Notes under the pieces: model-generated
The model's database searches: none
What the model saw: the letters and a program-made list of their open reading frames with translations, nothing else
What the model was told of the DNA's origin: nothing
Virus record (IMG/VR): IMGVR_UViG_3300028384_000657
Span: 10,152-74,151 of that record
Strand: one strand, 5' to 3'
Length of the DNA stretch: 64,000 bases
Origin: a virus
Made by a program: the position numbers and the translations under genes
Shown: piece after piece, positions 57,995 to 64,000 of the stretch
How the letters are laid out: every line of letters starts with the position of its first letter
How positions within the stretch are numbered: position 1 is the first letter of the stretch

Positions 57995-58444
57995 ATGAAA
58001 CTTGCACTCGCTGCACTCCTTCTCTTTAGTTCTGTCCCTGCTGCTCAAGCATATGAGTCGCAGAGTGGATATGCTAAAGAACAAAAATGTTTCAAGAAGG
58101 TGTATCGTGAACGTTACATCCCTGGAACTATGAAGAATCCTGGATATGTAAAGACTGAAAGGAAGCGTGTTCGCGTTCCTTGTCAAAAGATGTTTGGTGA
58201 AGACATCTGGCGTGAACCTGCACACGAAGAGATGTATTACCCCACTCCTCGTCGCACTTATCGCCCCGCACAACCAGTTAGGAATCATGTAGATAATAAT
58301 GATTGCTCTGGTGGTACTGTTGCTGGTGGTATTCTAGGTGGTGGCGCTGCCGCTGCTATGTCCAGAGGCGATGGTCGCTGGTGGGCAATCCCTCTCGGAG
58401 TTGTTGGTGGTGCAATGGTAGGGTGCCAAATTGATGGGGGTTGA
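57995..58444 (+). CDS. Secreted protein with glycine-zipper C-terminus
   Basis: Signal peptide; D.NDC..G...GG..GG; WAIPLG. Confidence 0.7.
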   Translation: MKLALAALLLFSSVPAAQAYESQSGYAKEQKCFKKVYRERYIPGTMKNPGYVKTERKRVRVPCQKMFGEDIWREPAHEEMYYPTPRRTYRPAQPVRNHVDNNDCSGGTVAGGILGGGAAAAMSRGDGRWWAIPLGVVGGAMVGCQIDGG

Positions 58445-58446
58445 TA

Positions 58447-58665
58447 ATGTCCAATCGATTCGACGAGATCAAACCGTCACATCATCCAACCAAAGAAGAA
58501 GTTCAGGAGATGATTGATGATGCAATACGCAGACACAATCGTAACGCTTCAATTATTAGTTTTTGTGTTGGTTGGGTTGTTCTTGCACTTTTTGCTGAAG
58601 GTCTTCTTCGACTTATTGGAGTTATAGAACCAATCTTCCCATGGCTCAAAATTACATTGAACTAA
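58447..58665 (+). CDS. Small membrane protein
   Basis: MIDDAIRRHNRNA followed by a TM segment. Confidence 0.6.
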   Translation: MSNRFDEIKPSHHPTKEEVQEMIDDAIRRHNRNASIISFCVGWVVLALFAEGLLRLIGVIEPIFPWLKITLN

Positions 58666-58832
58666 TTGGAACGATTACTATAGGTGTCCTTGGTGTGATT
58701 CTTATCTGCCAAGGACACTTTATCATGTTTGGAAAGCATGGTTATAAGCATACTGAAAGAGAGCAGCACAAACTAGCGACCATGCGTAAGAGGGTCGAAG
58801 AATTGATGGGCAAAACGAAAAACGACCTTTGA
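58641..58832 (+). CDS. Small membrane protein
   Basis: TM segment followed by GKHGYKH. Confidence 0.55.
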   Translation: MAQNYIELIGTITIGVLGVILICQGHFIMFGKHGYKHTEREQHKLATMRKRVEELMGKTKNDL

Positions 58833-58875
58833 TTCCCAAAAAGTCGAAAAAAAATCTCCGCCAAAAAATTGACTC

Positions 58876-59067
58876 CTAAGGTTTTTTAAACTGTTGCTCC
58901 AGCATTATCCGTAGCAGGTTATCTTTCATTTGAACCAGTGCCTCTTGCTCTAATGGATGACCACCTGGCCATTTTTCCAGATGAAAACAGACGGACTTGT
59001 ACATAAGTGCTAGTCCGTCTTTTGATACATACATATCAATAACGTCTTCTGGATTAATATCCTCCAC
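58876..59067 (-). CDS. Small hypothetical protein
   Basis: KWPGGHP.EQE motif; GTG start overlapping the end of gp53. Confidence 0.6.
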   Translation of the reverse strand: MEDINPEDVIDMYVSKDGLALMYKSVCFHLEKWPGGHPLEQEALVQMKDNLLRIMLEQQFKKP

Positions 59068-59977
59068 CGTATCCTCCTCCACCAGAACTACCGCTACTAC
59101 CAGAACTTCCACTAGAACCGCTAGAACTAGAAGAACTAGAGGAACTGGAGGAACTAGATGATGTGCTAGTTGATGTGGAAGTTGTAGTCGTAGATGTAGT
59201 TGTAGTCGGTGTAGTGCTTGAAGTAGCAACTCCTACAGCAGCACCAGTAGGACCGAAGTCAAACGATGTAACTGCCTGAGTGCCTTGAGTTACAGTTACA
59301 CTACCACTGACATATCCTGCCTGATCTAAGAATCTAGAAATGATACTGAGTTCAGTCTTCTTATCACCAAATTCATCTAATTCAGGATGTGGTGAATAAG
59401 CGAGTTTGCTCCTCATATCAGTGAGCATTAATTCAACTATAGGTGGAGTGGGAAGGAGAAGAAATCTCTTCTTCTCATTCTCGAACTCTTCATGCTCATA
59501 GTTGGTTACTGGATATACTGACTCATTTTTTGTCTTTTGAGTACCATCTGGCATTACAACTCTAAAACTCTCATTGACAATCCTACCTTTTTCCATAAAG
59601 ACAATGTTTTCGTCTTCTAAGATCACTTCTTGAGTTTCCCAGTGGTGAATAGCATCAGGATCGGCGTATTTTTGAGTAACTCTTTGATACAGTAATTTCT
59701 GTTCTATTGGCCACTGTTCATAGACATCAGTAATATTATTAGAAAGTAGAATAACCCAATCTAGGAATGGGTCTGAGTAAAATCGCATTGCCACATCTGA
59801 AGGTCTAAGTCCATCGGGTATGGTAAAGAGTTCTGTCAGAGAGACATACTGCTGCATGTCTTCTCTAATTTTTAATCGTCTGAATATATTTTTTGCTAGA
59901 CGATATTTAAATTGTTCATCATCGGCAATACCTTCACCGATATAAACATTTGGAAAATATGAAAAATAAGAAGCCAT
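59054..59977 (-). CDS. gp53: Baseplate wedge subunit with S/T/G-rich tail
   Basis: YFSYFPN, RP..VA..FY, WVILL.NNI, HHWET. Confidence 0.88.
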   Translation of the reverse strand: MASYFSYFPNVYIGEGIADDEQFKYRLAKNIFRRLKIREDMQQYVSLTELFTIPDGLRPSDVAMRFYSDPFLDWVILLSNNITDVYEQWPIEQKLLYQRVTQKYADPDAIHHWETQEVILEDENIVFMEKGRIVNESFRVVMPDGTQKTKNESVYPVTNYEHEEFENEKKRFLLLPTPPIVELMLTDMRSKLAYSPHPELDEFGDKKTELSIISRFLDQAGYVSGSVTVTQGTQAVTSFDFGPTGAAVGVATSSTTPTTTTSTTTTSTSTSTSSSSSSSSSSSSSSGSSGSSGSSGSSGGGGYGGGY

Positions 59978-61092
59978 TAATATCCTGCTGCAGCATCTGC
60001 TGCGGTGAGAAGTCTAGTTTCTGCAAATGAACATGTCATAACGACAGAGGGAACGTCCAGACCTCGACGGTCTGGTCTTTTCAATGCAACATACTGATTA
60101 TCTGGTGTATAATTAACTTGAATACCAGTACAAACTGAAGGATATATTTTAAAGTGTAAATCTCTTCTATCATCTGGGTCTAATCCATTGAAATCCTTAT
60201 TAGAGTCACCTCTTCCAAAACGAACAAATCTCAGTTGGAAACGATCTGGAATATTGAAGTATCTGTCATTTGAAGCATAGTTGTCGAATGCTTTACCTTT
60301 AAGATTACTATAAACGGTGTCATCACCACCGATTTTGGAGAAAATATCATCATATCCTTCTTTTCTGAAGATATCTTCGCCAAATGTCTTACCTTCAACG
60401 TTTTTCTTACCTGGTTGATCAAACTCGTCTCTTGTATTGATAAAGAAATCGTCAAAATCACCAGATTTGATTCTGGGCAAGGATCCAATTTTGATATAGT
60501 TGATAATTCTTCTAATTTCTCTGGATTCTTCTGCAGATCTAGCAAAAAACTTAAAAGCAAAGTTATGCGTCCTAAATCCAACACCCTGGAAGATTTGCTC
60601 ACTATATGGGTTGAAAATTTGACCCGATTGTAAGTTTTTGATTGAGTTTAAGTCTAATTGACCTTGCAATCCAACAAATTGGTTAGTTGCATTGATCATT
60701 GATAAGACAGCAGCAGTAGAGAATTCTGGAATTGCTGCTTTTGCACCATCTTGTAGTGCTTCTGCCATTTTGGTAAAATCATCACCTCCTGCCATCATAC
60801 CCAGTGCAGATATACCACCTACACCAATATCAGCACGTCTAAATGCTGGTGTATATGATGTTGCGATTTGAGGTGGCATTGCAATATAGCACCTGTCCTT
60901 GTGCTCTTTAGACTTGGCACTATTGCCAGGAACTCTTCTGCTATAGAAAGCAGGGACATTCTTATCTTCATACTTATAACGTTCTCTACGCAGCATCAGA
61001 TAATCAACTGCTTCAGTTGGTTGTTCTACCAAACCTTCATCATCGTTAAAACCAGCATTAGGGTGTTTCAATGGATATCTAAAAACTGCCAC
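59977..61092 (-). CDS. gp48: Baseplate tail-tube cap
   Basis: FNPYSEQIFQGVGFRTHNF, VNYTPD. Confidence 0.85.
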   Translation of the reverse strand: MAVFRYPLKHPNAGFNDDEGLVEQPTEAVDYLMLRRERYKYEDKNVPAFYSRRVPGNSAKSKEHKDRCYIAMPPQIATSYTPAFRRADIGVGGISALGMMAGGDDFTKMAEALQDGAKAAIPEFSTAAVLSMINATNQFVGLQGQLDLNSIKNLQSGQIFNPYSEQIFQGVGFRTHNFAFKFFARSAEESREIRRIINYIKIGSLPRIKSGDFDDFFINTRDEFDQPGKKNVEGKTFGEDIFRKEGYDDIFSKIGGDDTVYSNLKGKAFDNYASNDRYFNIPDRFQLRFVRFGRGDSNKDFNGLDPDDRRDLHFKIYPSVCTGIQVNYTPDNQYVALKRPDRRGLDVPSVVMTCSFAETRLLTAADAAAGY

Positions 61093-61129
61093 TCGTTATG
61101 CCTAAATAAGGTGTAATCATTATTTATTT

Positions 61130-61549
61130 ATGAGATATCAGGGTAAATATACACCTAGCTTTCCTCGTAAGTACAAAGGTGACCCCAGTAACGTGATTTA
61201 TCGCTCCTCATGGGAGTATAAATTTATGAAATGGTGCGATGTTACTCCTTCTGTTCAAGAATGGGGCAGTGAAGAAATCATTATCCCTTATATTTCACCT
61301 GTTGATGGAAAACGGCATCGCTATTTTCCAGATTTTTATGTTAAAATTGACAATAGGAAATATCTAGTTGAGGTAAAACCGCTTAAACAGACCAAAGAAC
61401 CTAAAACACAAAAACGAATGACTAAACGTTATATTAATGAGGTCGTTACTTGGAGTGTCAATAAAGCAAAATGGAAAGCGGCAGAAGAGTTTTGTAAGGA
61501 CCAAAATTGGGAATTTATGTTAATAACAGAAAAGGAACTTAAAGTATAA
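61130..61549 (+). CDS. gp4: Head completion nuclease
   Basis: YRSSWE, WGSEE, YFPDF, EVKP, NKAKW, ITEKEL. Confidence 0.9.
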   Translation: MRYQGKYTPSFPRKYKGDPSNVIYRSSWEYKFMKWCDVTPSVQEWGSEEIIIPYISPVDGKRHRYFPDFYVKIDNRKYLVEVKPLKQTKEPKTQKRMTKRYINEVVTWSVNKAKWKAAEEFCKDQNWEFMLITEKELKV

Positions 61550-62358
61550 TGTCTATCCCACAAAATATAAGAGAATCTGGTGGATACATGTACCAGGATG
61601 AGATGTTTATGCTTCTCAAGAATGCAAACAGCTCACCTAGCCTTACAAACTTATGGTATCTTAGGTTTAACACTCCTGAAAACTTCGATAAATTTAATGT
61701 AAAACGATTCGATAACTTGGGTAAGGGTAGAACCCATGAAATATTGAATTATTACGCTCAAGCAGTTAACTTACCGAGTAAGCAGTTAACTACTGGGCAA
61801 GTTTCTAACGTTGGTGTTCCATACAAGTATGCTACTGGACAGGCATTCAGTCAAATTAGCATCACATTTGTTACTCCTCGAAATCAATTAACTCGTGCTA
61901 TCTTTGAAAGATGGATTGCTAGTATTACTGGCGATGGCGATCAATATATTGATTATTATGAAAATTACGTTTGCCCAGAACTAAGAATTTTTAAATATGA
62001 ACTTGGTAGTGGAAAAAGAGCAGATGAAGAAGTAGATCCAAGAGCAACTAGTTTAATTAGAAACATGACTTTGGGTAGTAGTAAAGCTACTCAAAGACAA
62101 CTTAGAGAAAAGCAGAGAATGCCTAAACTGAGATCTGTTTATGAACTTAGGAATATATTTCCTACGAACATTGGTTCTATGCAGTTAAATAACACAGAAC
62201 CAAGACTTGCGACATTTACAGTTGCATTTTCTTATGAACGTTATAAATTCTATAACGATGGTCCTGATATTAATCAAACTAGAAAGGTTAAAACCGATCC
62301 AAGAGACTTCCCAGGACATGAAGGTTTCGGTGATTTCTTAACTGAAAGGAACCGATGA
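61549..62358 (+). CDS. Baseplate/tail-tube initiator (gp54-like)
   Basis: VNLPSKQ, FERW, L.NIFPTNIG, VAFSYE. Confidence 0.65.
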   Translation: MSIPQNIRESGGYMYQDEMFMLLKNANSSPSLTNLWYLRFNTPENFDKFNVKRFDNLGKGRTHEILNYYAQAVNLPSKQLTTGQVSNVGVPYKYATGQAFSQISITFVTPRNQLTRAIFERWIASITGDGDQYIDYYENYVCPELRIFKYELGSGKRADEEVDPRATSLIRNMTLGSSKATQRQLREKQRMPKLRSVYELRNIFPTNIGSMQLNNTEPRLATFTVAFSYERYKFYNDGPDINQTRKVKTDPRDFPGHEGFGDFLTERNR

Positions 62359-62394
62359 TAACCCCCTAAATACTATTACTGAATTGATTTCCCT

Positions 62395-63108
62395 ATGGCA
62401 TTACCTAAATTAAACGCCCCGAAATACAAAATGAAACTACCTTCTGATGGTAGGACTGTGAACTTTAGACCGTTTCTTGTGAAAGAAGAAAAACTTCTTC
62501 TGGTTGCAACTGAAACAGGTGGACAAGATGGTTTGTTTGAAGCAATTAAGACTATTATTCAAGAATGTACAGATATCGCAAATGTTGAGGATCTGGCAAC
62601 TTTCGATATTGAATACGTCTTCCTTCAGATTCGTACAAAATCTGTTGGTGAAACTGTAAATGTTCAGGTTACTTGTCCTGATGATAATGTAACTACAGTT
62701 GAAGCGGAAATTCCTTTGGATGACATCAAAGTCAAGAAAACCAGAGGTCATAAAGCAGAAATCAAACTGGATGACAGTATCATTGTTACCATGAAGTATC
62801 CGAACCTGGATACCTTTGTTGAAATGAATCTTGGTGACTCTGAGGATCAGGGTGTTGAGCAAATCTTCAAAATGGCAGCAAGTTGCATTAAAACGATTGC
62901 TGATACTGAACAAGTTTATGATTGCGCTGATAGCACGGATGTAGAAATCATGGAATTCTTTGAATCTTTGACTTCTACTCAATTCCAAGAAATTCAAAAG
63001 TTCTTTGAAACCATGCCTAAGTTAGCGTACACCCTAAAGGTTGAAAATCCCAATACTGGTGTTGAAAGTGATGTTGAACTTGAGGGTCTAGCAAGTTTTT
63101 TCGCATAG
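62395..63108 (+). CDS. gp26: Baseplate hub subunit / assembly chaperone
   Basis: MALPK, RPFLVKEEK, FFETMPKL, LEGLASFF. Confidence 0.9.
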   Translation: MALPKLNAPKYKMKLPSDGRTVNFRPFLVKEEKLLLVATETGGQDGLFEAIKTIIQECTDIANVEDLATFDIEYVFLQIRTKSVGETVNVQVTCPDDNVTTVEAEIPLDDIKVKKTRGHKAEIKLDDSIIVTMKYPNLDTFVEMNLGDSEDQGVEQIFKMAASCIKTIADTEQVYDCADSTDVEIMEFFESLTSTQFQEIQKFFETMPKLAYTLKVENPNTGVESDVELEGLASFFA

Positions 63109-63296
63109 CACTCCTCCACAATACTCTGGAGAATTACTTTCAGACTAATTTTGCATTGATGCACCATCACAAATGGGACATCCAGTATATAGAGGAGTTG
63201 ATGCCTTGGGAAAAGGACGTATATCTCATGATGTTGACTGACTTCCTTAAGGAAGAACAGAGGCGAATGCAAGAACAGCAAAACCAAAGAAGATAA
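63096..63296 (+). CDS. gp51: Baseplate hub assembly catalyst (probably reached by -1 frameshift; first ATG at 63159)
   Basis: LENYFQTNFALMHHHKW...LMPWEKDVY. Confidence 0.75.
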   Translation, partial: FFRIALLHNTLENYFQTNFALMHHHKWDIQYIEELMPWEKDVYLMMLTDFLKEEQRRMQEQQNQRR

Positions 63297-64000
63297 GTGG
63301 CAAAAATCGATGCATATAAACTAACAGGAAGGGGGGATAGTAGCTCGTCAGCTATGTCCCCTGTTGCTGTTCATGCAGCGAGAGCAAACATAAAAGCATT
63401 TGCAGGAATTCAATATTCTCTGACAGGAATACAATCGACTTTAAAGTCGATGGAGAAGGTTGAAATTAGCCTGATCGAGAATGATAAACTGCGTGTCATC
63501 GCAGAAAGAAGAAAAAGAAGAAGAGAATTAGATCGTCAAGCAGAGGAGAGAGCGGAGACACCATTAGCAGGTGCTTCTTCTGCGGCAGCAAAAGGAAAAT
63601 TAAACGGTAAAGATAAGAAGAAAGCAGATAGTTTATTCAGTAAACTATTTGGTGGATTAGAAGGTCTTGCACTTATAGCGGGTAAGTTTTTTCTTAAACT
63701 TATTGGTCTTTTAGTTGTAAAAGAAATTTTAAAATGGGTTGCTAATCCTGAGAATAGACAAAAACTTATTACGTTTTTTCAGAAAACAAAATTTGTTTTT
63801 GATAAGATCTATGGATTTACTAAATGGTTAGTTGCAGATAATCTGCTACCTGGAATAACTAAAGCATTCGGAAAAGATAGTACTTTTGGTGAAAGAGTAA
63901 GTGGTCTGTTTAAGATCATGGTTGCCATTGGAGGAATGGCGGCTTTACTCAATCCATTCGGTATGATGGATGCTATCCTCAGTTTACTGGGGTTAGATTT
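63297..64000 (+). CDS. Large tail/baseplate protein, tape-measure-like (partial)
   Basis: GTG directly after the gp51 stop; coiled-coil then hydrophobic helices; appears open to the window end. Confidence 0.55.
   Translation, partial: MAKIDAYKLTGRGDSSSSAMSPVAVHAARANIKAFAGIQYSLTGIQSTLKSMEKVEISLIENDKLRVIAERRKRRRELDRQAEERAETPLAGASSAAAKGKLNGKDKKKADSLFSKLFGGLEGLALIAGKFFLKLIGLLVVKEILKWVANPENRQKLITFFQKTKFVFDKIYGFTKWLVADNLLPGITKAFGKDSTFGERVSGLFKIMVAIGGMAALLNPFGMMDAILSLLGLD

Noticed and set aside
1-64000. Apparent abundance of GATC/CGATCG sites
   Set aside because: Consistent with Dam carriage, but I cannot count them reliably; needs an observed/expected k-mer calculation.

Overview
A 64-kb segment of a T4-like cyanomyovirus genome, probably infecting marine Synechococcus (inferred from psbA, psbD, hli, talC, pstS and phoA). 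It runs from the end of gp55 through the replication and recombination core (gp47, gp46, gp45, gp44, gp62, regA, gp43, uvsX, gp41, gp61, nrdAB, thyX, gp33, gp59, gp32) into the baseplate region (gp53, gp48, gp4, gp54-like, gp26, gp51). Auxiliary genes include cobS with a vWA-peptidase, dam, hsp20, a porin-pstS-phoA operon, mazG, three 2OG-Fe(II) oxygenases, phoH and tRNA-Arg(TCT). The most striking observation is at 41.25-42.25 kb: a double glutamine-riboswitch-like RNA whose two P2 loops each contain a complete small ORF, preceded by a perfect NtcA box and followed by YRG-motif (DUF4278/IF17-like) peptides. Other leads are a probable -1 ribosomal frameshift joining gp26 to gp51, putative head polyproteins with repeated SKGGKVK cassettes, a nuclease/RNA-ligase-like/nucleotidyltransferase trio, a nuclease-methyltransferase-ParB island, a fixed-spacing promoter element at five promoters, and three apparent internal deletions. 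All family calls come from motif recognition and synteny; no searches were run.
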